Under the pieces are notes generated by a model. It searched no databases. It was given only the letters and a program-made list of their open reading frames with translations, and was not told the origin of the DNA. Positions 49,468-63,168 of a stretch of 64,000 bases of DNA are shown one piece after another. The first letter of the stretch is position 1. Each line of letters starts with the position of its first letter. The DNA comes from Bilabrum cf. latius (taxonomy: Eukaryota): the NCBI GenBank assembly GCA_965178125.1, contig OZ237758.1:62001-126000 (forward strand). The letters run 5' to 3'. The position numbers were made by a program, and so were the translations under genes.

Positions 49468-52167
49468 TCAGAGGGCGAAGTTGCCGCCGCCGCCTCCGGC
49501 CAGGGCATTCTGCTCAGAGCAGTCGAGCCCGGCGTACCCGCTGAAGCACGAGCAGGTCCCGGTGGACTGGTCGCACATGCCGCGGTCCGAGCACACGGGC
49601 TGGTCGTTGATGCCGCCCGTGCCGAACTGGATGTAGTACAGACCGGCCGCCGGGTCCGTGGAGGAGGTGCCGCACACGCGCTCGGAGAAGTCCAGGCCGG
49701 CGTTGAAGCCCACGAAGACATTCTCGATGGAGCTCCTCAGCGCGTCATCAGGGTGCATCGCACTGTAGCGCTCCGCGTCGGCCAGGCGGGAGGTGTTGAA
49801 GGTCATGGGGAAGCCAGTGCCGCTGACGGGGCCGAAGAAGTCCGCGTCGCCGGCGACCTTCCAGACGTACCTGTCGATGCTGGTGGACGTGTCCACGACC
49901 TTGATGATCAGCGTGCCCGACTCTGCCACGGGGGCGTGGTTGTCGTGGAACGCGACGTAGATGTCCTCGGGCCCTGTGTTCTCGATGGTCACCGGCTGCT
50001 TGGGCAGGAAGAACTCGTAGATGTCCCCGGCCTGGCTGCTGAGCAGCTGCGATGTGTTCCCCAGGCCCACGAAGTCCTGTCCATTGGTAGGCACCACGCC
50101 GTCGAAGCCGGTGGGGATGCCGCCGAACAGGTTCTGGTTCTGGGGGGTCATCCCGCGGCTGAACGAGTTGTTCGAGTATGCCACGAACTCATCGTTGATG
50201 AAGAGGGCCATGGGCGTGTAGTCGTCCTCAAGGATCTCGATGGTCACCTTGAGGTCGTACGTGGGGTTGCTGTCCACGGGGGCGCCGAAGGACAGGTTGT
50301 GCGCCACGTGGTTGTTGGCGGTCACGTTGCCCACTGCCTCGCCCGTGAGGATGAACAGCTGGTTGCTGGCCTCGAACACGGGCTCGGCAAGGTAGTCGAT
50401 CTCGTAGATCAGGTTGTCCGCGCGGGAGGCGTTGAGCCGGTACAGCTGGTCGTTGATGGTGTGCGAGGGGTCGGGCACGCCGCTCTGGCCCTCACCGAAC
50501 TGCCAGACGAAGCCCACCTTGGCTGCCTCGCGGGTGAACATGGCCGCGTTCGTCAGTACGTCGTAGACGGCAAGGTTCGACCCGCTGGTGTCCGAGGGGC
50601 GATGCACCTGCACATCCAGGTCGTTGTACACGTTCCCATACTTGTCGAATACCTGGTACTCGAAGATGGACTGGTTGTTCACGCCGTTGATCTCGGCCGC
50701 GTCATCGATCACCTGGATGCGGAACTTAAGGGTCTCCCTGGGCCCGTCTCCGATGGGGATCACCGCGATGTTCTCATGCACTGACTGCATGTCGCCCGCG
50801 CGTGTGTCGACCTTGGCCCCGCCCTTGCACAGCATAGACGGGTGCGAGACTCCGCTGAGGTCGGGCACGTCGCCCATGGACTCGTCGAAGGTGATGGCCA
50901 GCCTGTAGAACGTGTCCGTCTCAAGCTCGGTGATGGTCACCGACTGCACCTTGGAGCGCATCGTCACTCCGTCCACCACGAAGTCAGCGAGCACATCGTT
51001 GGGCATGTCCTTGAGCGCGTTCAGCACGACGGTCCCCTGCGCCGTGGTGGTCACAGTGGGGTCGAAGAAAGCGCTCTGGTACTGCGCGCCGGTGTTGGCG
51101 TCCGTGTACACGATGGCCACGTAAGGGTCCACCATCTCGCCGTTGTAGGGGCAGCGCACGTCGAGGTACTGCACCTCCCCCGTCTCGGGGAGGCCGTAGT
51201 TCAGCTCCAGGTCGGTGCCCACCGTGGTCAGTGGATCGTCGCCCAGGGGGCACAGCCGCTCCGAGCAGTCCATGCCGGAGTACCCCGCGTCGCAGATGCA
51301 CCGCTGGTACTTGTCGGCGTCCCACAGCCCGTACTCGAACTCGGAATCGACCAGCGCCAGGTACTCGCTCTGGGAGCGGCACACTCCGTGCCCGCTGCAC
51401 TCGTTCGGGCACGCCGTCCGCTGGCAGGCGTTGCCCTCATACCCCGCGAAGCAGTTGCAGGTGCCGCTGGAGCGGTCGCAGGTGCCCACGGCGGAGCACT
51501 CGGCGGAGAAGTGGCCCTCTTGGGAGCGCACGTAGAAGGGGAGCACCGTCTGGTCACTGGTGCCGTACAGCTGGGAGGGATTGCGCTCCCACCAGCCCTC
51601 AGGCCGGATCTGGGGGTTCAGCGAGGTGGACGTGGTCACACCAGAAGGGAAGTCAGCCGCGGTGGAGGAGGGGCCGCCGCTGTGCAGCTGGTTGTCGTGG
51701 TCGATGTCGCCCTGGGGGACATCCACGAAGGCGTTGCCGAACGGGCACACGCCTGCGATGAAGGCAAGTGATGAAACTAAAGTAAATTACAGCTGTTGCG
51801 CATAGTAATGTTGACACCGTGCACTGCATCGCGACAAGGAGAATCTCGGATGGACCCAACGGCTGCTGGTGCGTTGAACCGATCGAGACCGGACGCAGCG
51901 ATGGAAACTCACGCTCGCTGCAGTCCGAGCCGATGAAGCCGTCAAAGCAGCTGCACACATCGTAGTTCGTAGTGCCTGCGGCATGAAGTGCTCAAGAAAG
52001 GGCTCAGGTGTTGGTTCGCTGTGCGATGCGTTGGATAGTCCTCCGAAGCACCGCGTGCACTGGTTACCCTTTCTCTCACACTGTCCGTTGCCGGAGCAAG
52101 CATTGGGACAATCAGCAATTACTTGATGGACAGCCGCAGCTGCCAATACAAAGGCTACAGATCGCAT
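49468..52167 (-). CDS. Tubular mastigoneme protein (Ocm1/Sig1-like, EGF-like Cys-rich)
   Basis: Signal peptide, CPNACSGNGQC; introns 52079-51976 and 51912-51753; CPFGNAFVD, EGHFSAECSAVGTCDR, WDADK, CPLGDDPL, terminal CSDRGMCD...CSEQNAL. No TAG codons; TGA stop. Confidence 0.85.
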
Positions 52168-52338
52168 GGTTGGATGAAATATGCAGGAGGCGTTGGACTG
52201 GGGGTCGCAATTTGTCACAGCTCGGAGCGACAATAGGCTGGTGGTCGCAACTCCATGTGGCGAACTTTCGCCTTCGGTTCGGAAGGTGGTCAACGTGCGA
52301 TCTCAACTTCACTGCCAATCAGTGCCTGTAAAACGGAA

Positions 52339-55039
52339 ATGTCAGGGTGGAGTGACATGAGAGGGTTTGGGAGCGGCCTGCCCCGAAAATCACACGACCC
52401 CGATCAGTCGGAAATCAGCCATGCATATATGGAATATGTGAGAAAGGTGCTCGCTCCAACCTGGTCTCTTTCATGCTATCGATCTATTATTTTTCTTGAT
52501 ACGATTCATTCTTACATTGTAGATAGAACGAATGGATCAAGAAGCACTCGAGAGGCAGAAACGATTCAGGGAAAGGATGCCCCAACTAGTCAAGGAGCGT
52601 CAAGAACGCTTGAGCCTGGAAATGGCTCATCGCCTGCAGCATGGGACGTCAGAGCCAACCATAATGGAGGAGCACCTGCGCTAGCGACGGCTAGGAGGTA
52701 TGCGAGACCCCGCTGATATGGCCGCGATCATGCAAGCTATGGGCGGAACACCACCGTCCTCGCGCCCACCCCCCTTGGCCAGGCACGAGCTTCCCATCGG
52801 CATTTCCGCAGCCCTTGGAGGAGCATCTGACAGTGAACCCGGTTCGAATGGCGGCGGCGCGGAGACGGACGAGCAGATGGCAGCCCGCCTGGCCCGGGAG
52901 GACGCCGCCAGCGAGACGTACCTCTCTGCCCTGCATTCGGGGGGCTCTGCCAGGACGGGGGCTGCGAGGGGGGGCGCCAGGGGGCCTGAGATGCGGCTGG
53001 GAAGCGGCCCGGGGGCTGGTCTGGCCTCTTCCATACCCGGTATCAGCGGGCGCGGGACCGTCCGGGATCCGTGGGCATCTGGCGAGGGCGGCAGGAGACC
53101 CCGGGGGGGCGGCAGCAGTGGGGGCCCACTGGGCGGCGGCAGCGGCATTCCCAGCTACCTGATGTCCCAGGCCTCGGATATGCACAGGAGGATGGGCATT
53201 GGACCGGGTGGTGCAGGTCCAGGAAGTGTGACGAGTGCGGCGGGGGGAAGGGAGGACGACGAGGCCGCCTCACGCGAAGCGGCCCGTCGCCGCCGCATGC
53301 TGCTAGGGGGCTCCTCTATCTCCCAGCAGCCCGCAATAGTGACCCGCGGTGGGAGGGACAGAGGTGGTGTCCATGCCAGAGATGGTGGTGCGGGTCCTCT
53401 GGCGTAGAGTCCGGTTGACCTGGACCTGGACAGCTCAAGCGATATGGAAATGGATGTTGACGTGGATGCGGGCGCCGGCGGGCCCTCAGGCGGCGCTCCC
53501 TCGACTCCTCCTACAGATGTCCTGGCTGCACCCCCGGACCCCAATTTGATGTCCGAGGAGGAGCAGCTCCAGTGGGCCATGCGGCAGTCGGAGGCGCTGG
53601 CCAAGCAGGCAGCCGAACAGGCCAGGGCTGACTAGACCTAGACCTAGACCTAGACCTAGGGCGGGGCTGGCAGCCAGCAGGCCCAGCTGGCCGGGGCGAA
53701 AGCGGCCCTGCAATCGGCAGAGGACGAGCTGATGGCCATCCAGGTGAGCCTGGCAGAGGTCAGGCGATATACATAGGAAGGTAGGGAGCTCACGAGGCGG
53801 CGGGATGAGCTGCGGGGGTTAGTCCGGCAGCGATAGGCAGAGGTGGCTAGCCTCGAGCAAATGGTGGGCGGAGAGGAGGGTGGGAGTCGGAGCGAGCCGC
53901 CTCCTCCACCGGCCTATGGGGGCACACCTTCGCCTGCATCGGCAGACCCATCCCAGGCGTACGCCTCGGTCAGCAACGGCAGTGGGGCCTCCCCATCCCT
54001 GGGGCGGACGGAAGACCCGGCAGTGCTCCGTGATGCTCTTCGGAGAGAGCTCTGGGGGAGCAGCGGCAGCGGCAGCGGCAGGGGCAGGGTATTGTCCAGC
54101 GCGGGTGCGAGCAGCCAGTGCGCTGGCACTGGTGCCGGCGTGGGTACAGGGGGTTCCTGGGGTGTGTAGGGCACTGACACGGGGGCGTCCTCTGGCCGTG
54201 GCACTGCAGGTGGCTTGCAAGTGGCCTAGAGAGGGGGCGCGGGCGCAGGCACCGGCACCGGCACGGGCAGTAGATCGAGAGACTCGCCGCCGTCGGGCTC
54301 GTACTCCACGTCGTCCTCTCTTTTTTCGTCCTCTCGGGCCCGCAGCGGGGAGCAGGAAAGGGAGGCCAGGGACCGGCGCATGGCCGAGATGCTGGCGCGC
54401 AGGGAACAACGGGAGGCCAGGGAACGGGGCATGGAGGAGATCCGGGCACGGGCAAAGCGGCTGCGGCTGGGGGCTGGCAGGAGAGAGAGGGGGGGTGCAG
54501 GGGAGCGAGGCACTGCAACCGGGTCCAGCTCTGGAATCGGCACTGGAACACGAAATGCAAGGGGGGCGGGAGGGGGGGCCGGCAGCCGATCCCCTCTTGA
54601 CAGCGGCGGGCCAAGCATGCGTGTTCCCCGCCTCGGAGGAACGAGCAGGACGCGCGCGAGCGCATCCTCTAGGAGCAGGACTGGGGCAGGCGCAGGCGCA
54701 AGGACTGGAACTGGGGCGGGGACTGGGACTGGGATTGGCTCGAACTTGGGCGGGCGGGGCACTCGTTTGTCCACGGGCGGGGCCTCAAGTCTACGGTCGG
54801 GGCGGGGGTACAGTGGGGGGACGGGGAATAGCGGTCGTCGAGCCGCAGCAACTGCAGCCTCCGGCAGTAGACTCTCCGAGCCATCGTCTGCGCGAAGCCC
54901 GCAAGCATCGCTGGCGATCGCGGCTGCTCGCGACCGGGGCGCTGGTTCTGGGTCTGGATCTGGCACTGGGCGCGGCTAGGTCTCGACCCATACAGGCGGG
55001 CAGATGCGCGCGTCACGTGCCACGTGGGGCCGGAGGTGA
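52339..55039 (+). CDS. Hypothetical low-complexity protein with ubiquitin-binding (UIM/MIU-like) motifs
   Basis: Probable intron 52447-52522. DEQMAARLARED and MSEEEQLQWAMRQSE motifs plus a coiled coil; about 12 in-frame TAGs; TGA stop. Confidence 0.65.
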
Positions 55040-55224
55040 CACTCCGGATGGTGTGTGACAAGCTCGCAATAACTAGATACTTGTTCAGTACATACGATTT
55101 AGGCGCAGTGTACATCGGGTCGGGGCCGCCCCAGCAGAGGGTCCGGCACACACGCTCCTACCCTTCCTCTTCTCTTCTCTTCTCCCCCCACCCCACCCCG
55201 CCCCGCACCCGATGCCACCCCGGA

Positions 55225-57258
55225 TCACATGCCCCCTCTGGCTGCCATCATGCCGCCCCATGGCCGGCGCTCTCCCGCCCCCGACGGGGGAGGCGCGGGC
55301 AACGCACCGTCCACAGGCCCCCCCGGCACGCTCACACCGGTGCGTCCCCCCGCGCCCGCCCCACCTGCGGGGCTCGCACTCGCACCCGCGCTCCCAAACC
55401 CACTGCCACCCATCCCAGCCCCGGCCCCAGCCCCAGCCCCGGCCCCGCCGACCGACGCCACGGACGCAGACAGGCCGTCTGCGCCCGCCCCTGCTCCTGC
55501 CCCCGAGCCCGAGCCCGCCATCCCGCGGTAGGGAGCCTCAGGGCCCTTCCCTCCGCTGCCAGACCCCCCCATGCCCCCGTATCCCCCAGGGGATGCCCCC
55601 GAGGAGGGGGCGCCGGCGTGAGACGGCGACCCCGCCATGAGATCGCTCGCGCTCGCGTCCAGCAGTGCCCTTGTTCCCTCGCCCTCCTCCGCCTCCGCGG
55701 CCCGGCCCATGATCCGCCGCAGCACGTCCCTCCCCGACTCCTCCTTGGCCGTCTCGGGATTGAGATAGTCCCTGAACCCGTCCCTCTGCCACTGGGCCGT
55801 GAACCTCTTGTTGAAGAGCATGGCGCCCGCGATCAGGTCACCAGCGTAGGTGCTCACGTTGCGCCGCTGTGAGAAGGCCTTGGGCACGTTCTTGTTGATG
55901 GCGCGCCACATGTACAGGAAGAGCCCCCTGATCTTGTCGATGACCGTCGCGTCCGATATCTTCGAGTATGCGATGAGCGCGCACCTGACGAGGGCCTCCC
56001 AGAATTCGGCGAAGGAGAGCTTCCGGATGCGGCTGTCAGGGGCCACGTCGTGCAGCGAGCTGAGGTAGATGTCACCCAGCTCGAGCGTGGACAGGATCAC
56101 GCTGTTGCTCAGCTCGAAATCGCTCGCGAACTTGAGGAACTCCTTGTACCCCAGCGCGCTCTTCATGCTGTTCGTGGCCCCACCCAGCCCGCGCCTCGCC
56201 GGACTGGTGAGACCAGAGCGCACGCTGCGGGAAGAGGACCCCAGCTCCGAGGCCCCGTCGCTGCTCCTGAACCTCCCCCCGGCACCCCCCGATGCAGCCC
56301 CCGCCCCTGCCGCAGCCACGGGGTTGGCGCCCGAGGCGTAGAACTGGAAGATCTGCTCGAGGGCGTCCTTGTAATACCGGAACAGGGCATTCACCTGCTC
56401 GTCCAATACGAATTTGTCGATGGGCTGCGGCTGCCTTCGTCCCGCCATAGGCAGCACGTTTTCTGTTAGGAGCGCGTTGAACGAGTGCTCCACGCCCATG
56501 CGGCGCTTCTTGGGATACACCTTGGCGCTGAGCTTCATGAGCGCTGTAAGGAAGTCGGAGAAATCCATCTTGTGCATCCCTTTCGTCGCACGCTTCTTCT
56601 TCACTTCAGCCGTGTACACCACGTTCACATCCGCGACAACTAACTGCTTGTCATCCCCGCTCATTGCGCTGGGCCCGACGATGTGGCATTCCTTCGCAAA
56701 CTTCACGAATTGTTGTGCCTGCGATACAAGATGATATGTCATGATGTGAAATATTCATCAGAATTGCTGCATTGCCTCTGGGGCACCTCCTGCGGCTCCC
56801 ATCCCAACAACACGGTGCTGAACGGAATGTATAGAAAGGAGGATGCATGGCTGAAGTGGCGGCAATGATACTGCAAGCATTCGTCGGCCCAGAATAAGAT
56901 GAAGTTGGAAATCCCACAGACCTGGCCGTATTCAAAGCAACGCCTACAATGACATGGGAAGGATCTGCACACGATCCACCCACCACTGTAATCAATGGCG
57001 AAATGCCAAGATGCGAGCACACGGAGCTAGTCCCGCGGCAAGTAGGTCCAACGATAATAAATCAAATCAAATAATGAAACTAGTTGCTAAGATCCCGCCC
57101 TGACGTGCCTCAGAAGTACACCTGGTATGCTGCAGCGGAACACGGCTGCACGAGACCCGGTTGCTACGCCTCACTCGTATATGTTCGGGATCCAGAGGGT
57201 TTCCATGAAGCGTATAGAAGGTAAATATATTCCAAAGCTCTTGCTCAACGCTCCCCAT
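55225..57258 (-). CDS. TPPP/p25-alpha-like, EF-hand-like protein
   Basis: Exon 1 MGSVEQELWNIFTFYTLHGNPLDPEHIR; long intron; QFVKFAKECHI...DVNVVY...KMDFSDFLTAL, LSFAEFWEALVRCA; Gly/Ala tail; TGA stop. Confidence 0.7.
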
Positions 57259-58468
57259 GCTTGCTGAAAGGTGGGTTCGAGCTCGACTCAAGGAGCCGCC
57301 GCGCCACGCAGCATCAAATAACACGCTATAATGCCGGCCAGGGAGCGTGAGCTCCAGCACTGCCTCGCAGAGACGGAATGCAACGATCAAACGTATCTTG
57401 TGATAAGTACTAGCACTATTACCTACGCATAGTCGCAGATTGTCGCGGCAGCTTACACCTACTCGTTAGCATACGCGTTCCTGGCGGCTTTCCCACACCA
57501 GCGAGGCGCCGCGCAAGAGAAACTGCATTTTGTCCAATCGTGCAAAAGTTCAACTGCAACGAGCGGGTGGCTACATCGCAACTGCCGAGCCACAACAAAG
57601 CAGCCGAGAAAAAATCATGGCATCCGCTACCCCTAGCAGAACTGGTAAAGGAGGTGGCAGGGGCGGTTACTACGCAGGTGAGCTTGAACCAAGTCGTACA
57701 GTTCAGTTTCATTTTTTGGCTTACGCTGGGCGTCGTTCCATCGGCTAGCTTCCCCCTGGCTTCGCATCCTCCGCAGACCCTCGATCACCAATTGCATCTA
57801 CACCACAAAGGAAAGGGAGATATGCTGGAAGCAGCGGAGGTGAGCCTGAACCGAAGACTGCCCGGAACCAAGCTTCCGGTCCGGTACTGCACCTCATGGG
57901 TCGTCGTGACGCAATGCACTGCTCCTACCGCATCAAGCCATGTAACGCATGGGTGGTTGATTGGAATTTTATACTATTTATCGTATAGATCTGCTCACTG
58001 CTCGGAAGCTGGGCTGCACTGAACGGGCCATGCACGCGCGAAAACGCTTGCACGAACCTCCGAGGCGCTGCAACTGTTTCAACATGGCGCCCCTGCGCTC
58101 ACCCAACTCTCGCAGGTGCTGCTACAACACCGAGCTTGGCTTCTTTGTCCCCCATGCACGGGTCCCACCACGTAAAACAGCGAAAAGATGGGTTAGGAGA
58201 CTCCACAATTCGGTTTGCCGCAACATACTTGATTGCTGCGGCTGGCAAGTCCCGGCGCGCTTTGCAGTGGCCGTATGCTTGCATTTTGCTACCATGTTCA
58301 TTAAATTGCCGGATTTCGCAGGGAGGCTGACTCTCACGACCCCCTGTTCTCACCTGCCGTCCACTGTGAGTGCTGTCGGGGTGCTCTCGTGCCGGTAACA
58401 CGATCCACCGGGTGCGTGCCCCGGCTATCTTTGCAATTTATTTGCGTGTTCTTTTGTTCTACTCGCAG

Positions 58469-59580
58469 ATGAAGACGAGGAAAGGCCGGGCGGCTCTCTG
58501 GGCAGCCTGGCGGCCACTGGCAGCGCGCGAGGAGGCAGCAGCGCGACAGGCTCCGGGGCCCCTTCGGCCCCCTCCCTGGCCCCGGCACCGTCGGGGAGGT
58601 CGGCGGCCAGTCGTGCCGAGGCCGCCGTGCGCAGCTCTGCCTCTGCTGGAGCGGGCGGCGCGTCCTCCTCCTCTTCCTCGGCCTCCTCCCCCGCCTCCTC
58701 CAACAGCCTCATGAAGCTGGGGAAGGGAGCAGCTGCAGCAGGAGGGAGCAAGGGAGCAGAGGCGGGCGCGGGGGCATCATCCGGGTCTGGGTCTGCCCCC
58801 ATGGACGGATCGTCCAGGGGAAGCACCTCCAGGGCGGCACCTGCACCCGCACCCGCACCTGCACCCGCCCCTGCACCTGCACCTGCGGCTGCCGCCTCTG
58901 GGGGCAGCGAGGAGGAGGAAGAATACGAGTACGAGGAGTTCAACCCCTACCTGTTCATCAAGCTGCTGCCCCCCTACTCGGAGGTGGCCCCCCGCAAGCC
59001 CCGCATCTGCCTCCCGGCCAAGCGAGCCTCCTCCCCCGACGTCAGCCTCGTGCTCGACCTCGACGAGACCCTCGTGCACTGCTCCGTGGAGCCCATCGCG
59101 GACGCCGACCTGACATTCCCCGTGGACTTCAACGGGGCCACGTACATGGTGTACGTCCGCAAGAGGCCGCACCTCGACCGCTTCCTGCGCGGCATCCAGG
59201 GCAAGTTCGAGGTGACGGTCTTCACCGCCTCGCAGCAGGTGTACGCCGAGAAGCTGCTCAACCTGCTGGACCCGGAGCGGAAATACATCCAGTACCGGCT
59301 GTACCGGGACAGCTGCCTGAACGTGGACGGGAACTACCTCAAGGACCTGACCGTGCTGGGGCGGGACCTGCGCAAGACTGTGCTCGTGGACAACTCCCCG
59401 CACGCGTTCGGGTACCAGTGCGACAACGGGATCCCCATCGAGTCCTGGTTCGACGACGATTCGGACACGGAGCTGCTCAAGCTGCTGCAGTTCCTCAAGA
59501 CGCTGCCGGGGTCGTCCGACGTGCGCCGCAACCTGCACGAGAAGTTCAACGTGCGCAGGCTCGTGGCGGAGGCGAGGTGA
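58469..59580 (+). CDS. CTD small phosphatase-like (CTDSPL2/SCP4, FCP1-like HAD phosphatase); 5' exons not resolved
   Basis: FNPYLFIK, LVLDLDETLVHCS, VRKRP, FTAS, YRDSC, YLKDL, DNSP, NGIPIESW; TGA stop. Confidence 0.92.
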
Positions 59581-59937
59581 GGACAGGCGAGGCGATGCGA
59601 GGCAAGCAAGGAACTTGGCACATGGGGCGGGCGTCTGTTGGTTTTTCTTTGACGCCCCGATGCTGACCAGTGCTGTGGAGTGGAGAGGGCTGGTCACCGT
59701 GGGTGTGTGGAGGTGCTGCAGGGGCGAGCTGCGCTGCTTAGGGCGATCTTGGTTAAGTATTGGTAGGTTGTGGTGCATTGCAACGTAGGAGATTGTTTGT
59801 CGCAATTGTGCACGGTGCAGATTTTGCTTGCATGCGGCTGCAGTCGCCACTGGCAGTCGTTGTCATCACGCTGCACGCTTTCGTTCCCACGCTTTCAAAC
59901 CGCAAGCTGTATTGGCCTCGAAAAGCGGCTGCAAGCA

Positions 59938-61020
59938 ATGTCTTCGGCCCCTTTGAGCAGAATTCCACCTGGTCATACATCATTCACGTGGTTTGGTGCT
60001 GCAGCTGGCACTGAGCAGGCACGATCTGCTGGGACTGCAGCAGCTGGTGCGACTCTATCGAGTGCTAGCCAAGATGAGCTCCGAATAGTTACGTCCCGAC
60101 TCCCAGCATCCCATACGGCATCCACTTGGTTCACAGGTAGGCTGCGCTAGCTTCGCAAGGAGCTCGAAGAACGCGTTTCGGCTGCAGTGGTTGCCACAAG
60201 TACAGTCCGATCCAACTATGCGCTGGAAAGCGATATCCCTGATGGGGTTGCCCGGGTCAAGGCCTCACTAGAGTTGTCATAGGCAAAGGGTGCCGTTCTT
60301 TGGTCCGTAGATAGCTCGTACTACACGTGGTCGCTGAGCGAACGAGCCAGTTTGCTCGGTTGCAGCACCTCGGCCCTCTGCAAGGCAATCCTTATGGAGA
60401 ACAAGGGGGCCACCGACTTCTCTGATGCTGCTTCGGGAGGTGCTGCCCCGAGTGCGGGAGAAAAGGCAGGGAAAGGCCCAAAGGGCTCGAAGGGAGGTCC
60501 GGCCAGCGGAGCTGGAGCTGCCAGTGGCGAGTCTTCGGCTGCCACTGCCAGTGGGCCAGACTACGGGGCGCGCTTCATGCTCGTGGTAGTGCAATACGAG
60601 GCCAAGATAGACGATGCTCGCCTGGCGAAGCAGCTGCGCGCCGCCGCCGAGCAGGCCGCCGCGCGAGGGGACGCGAGGGCGGATGCCGCCTTGCGCGGGC
60701 CCCTGGGCCCCGGCTGCAACTTTCAGGTGGCCAAGGAGCCGGACAACGACCGGCTGACGGGCTTCCCACACAACGCGGTGTCACCGGTTGCAACCTCCAG
60801 CCCGCTGCAGGTGGTGCTGCCCCTGGCGCTGGTGGAGGGGCTGCCCGCCCGCACGGGTGAGCGGGCCTGCTGGCTGGGCGGGGGGCACGTGGACACGAAG
60901 CTTCGGCTGCCGCTGTCCGAGCTCGCGAGGTCTGGAGGGGGGCTGCTCGGGGGAAAGGGGGCGCCCCCGCCGCTGGTGCTCGACTACACTGAGCCGCTGG
61001 GGGAGGAAAATGACGAGTGA
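59938..61020 (+). CDS. YbaK/ProX-like aminoacyl-tRNA editing domain protein
   Basis: YYTWSLSERASLLG...LCKAILMEN, LVVVQY, LTGFPHNAVSP, WLGGGHVDTKL. TAGs at 60148 and 60280; TGA stop. Confidence 0.78.
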
Positions 61021-61274
61021 CGAGCGAGTGGAAGTAGGGCAGGGCGCTTGCCTCGGCCTCGGCGTGTGCAGCTGCCAGTGCGGGTGTGCAGCGCGACCGA
61101 CCAGTGGCGCTGGCAGTGGGCAACTCTAGCGTAGGGCTTTGATTTTCGCTTGGTTAGAATCCAGGTATGGCAGCGTGGCGTGTGCCGGCATCCACTCATC
61201 ACATCAATCACAAGTTGCCGTTGGACTGGCAGTTCGACCGTGCAGAAAGACAGGCATAAAAGCAGGCATACCGG

Positions 61275-63168
61275 ATGGCAAGTTCAACCAGAATCGCAGA
61301 CAGATTCAAGTCATCCGGCTCGCATGCAAGCACGTCGCAACAGCACACCCTAGCTTCACCAAGCACGAGTCCACAAACGGATGGTGATGAAGGCAGGAAG
61401 AGCCTTTCCATTTAGCAGTTGGCCCGAGCGGCACCTGACTCACCTGCAAGAAAGGAATCAATCGAGCATATGATCTAGCACAGAACCACTCACTTACAGC
61501 TGCAAGACCGCCGTTTGACGAGTCTCGACGGGATCGAAGTCGCCAAACGTCTTCGGGTGCTCTTTGCCGGTGGGAATCGGTTGAAGCAGATTGATCCTAG
61601 CGTGATCGAGCTTGGTAAATCCATCCATGAGTTGCACCTGGAAAAGAATCTGCTCACGGGTCTTGGTGGGATCTCGTAGATGCCTGCGCTTCGAGTGCTA
61701 AACGTCGAAGAGAATCGGATTGTTTCTCTCGCCGCACTGAGCGAGCGGCCAGAGCGCAACAGCGATGAAGTGGATGATATCACAGCAGCTGGCACAGCAA
61801 AGGCTAGGCGCGCTGGCTCACTTCGCGGCTTGCAGCAGCTCCGCGTGGCCAGGCAGGTGCTCCCACCGGGCCAGCCCCTCGACCTGACCGGCCTCCCGCC
61901 CACGCTGCAGTTCCTCGACGTGTCCGCCTGCGGCCTCAAGGAACTCAGCCCTTTGCTAGCTGCCCGCTCTCTCGTACGTCTGGTGGCCCGGCGGAACCAA
62001 TGCGCGGCACTGCAGGACGCTGCCGGGCTTGTGTCCGGCCTGCCCCTGCTGTCCTCGCTGGACCTGAGGGAGAACCCAGTGTGCAAGCAGAGGCACTACA
62101 GGAACACGCTGTACACGTTCTCTACGTATGAGCTGGGTGAGAGAGAGAGACTGGGGCTGGCTGCCGACTGCCTCGCTTTTGTATGCCGAGCCGCCGCTGC
62201 TGACCTTTCTGTATCCTTGCCCATGCACCGCTGTCCAGTTTCTCCTCCTCCCACTCCCGATGACCGCAGAGGAACTCGACGGACTGCCGATCCCAGCGGT
62301 ACAGAGGCACAACCTGCGGCAGCTGGAGCTGAGGCGAAGGGCCAAGAGACAGGGGGCCAGCGGACGAGCCGGGGCTCCAGGCAGGGGCAGGGGCAGGGGC
62401 GGGAGGGGGCCCGGTGGAGCAACAGGAGCAGGAGGGGGGCTCCGCGCCGGCGTGTCTGCCGAGTTGCTGGGACCCCTTGCGGAGCCAGGCGCGGCGCCGC
62501 ATTCGCTCGGGGCCCGGGGAGGAGCGGGGGGTTCCGGCATGAGTCAGGCCACGATGGCTCGTCTGGCTCGCATGACCGGTGTGGCGCTGGGGACTTCCGG
62601 CGCGGGTGCGGGCGGGCGGAGTGGCGGGGCCGGGGGCCGTCGCTCCGGCACGGGCACGGGCATGGGCAGCTTCGAGGAGCGAGAGGGCGGGAGGGTGAGC
62701 GTGGCGAGCCTGCAGCTGGCCTCTCGGGGGGGGGTCGGAGGCTCCTCCGCTGTGAGGAGTGGCGCAGGGAGGCCTCTTCCCCGGGAAGGGGGGGCGGGGG
62801 GGGGACGGGGAACAGGGGCAGCGCAGGACGGTGGATCGGGGGATGTTGGTGCATCGCGGGCGGGTGAGCTGGCTGGGTTCGCATACGCGTCTCAGGTGTC
62901 TCGGCGCAGACCCGTCCCCAAGGGTCTGGGGAGTCCTGCCCTGCCCCTGCAGGGGGACCGGGGGATCACCCCCCATGAGGGGTGGAGGAGGCCGCCCCCA
63001 GCCACCCCCTGGGCCTCGGGGCCGGGGCTGCACGGGCACCACGGGAGTGCATCCGGCCTGGGGGAGGTGGAAGCGGCTGGGGCTGGGAGGGCGGGCCATG
63101 GAGCACCCCACCGCGGGGGCGGAGGCGGAGGCGGGGGGGCGGGAGAGGGAGTAGGGGTGGGGGTTTGA
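61275..63168 (+). CDS. Leucine-rich repeat protein (PPP1R42/SDS22-like)
   Basis: LRR units (LRVLFAGGNRL, ELHLEKNLL, LRVLNVEENRI, LDLRENPV) and LRRcap YR...LEELDG across intron 62137-62269. Three TAGs, including 61677. Ends uncertain. Confidence 0.75.
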
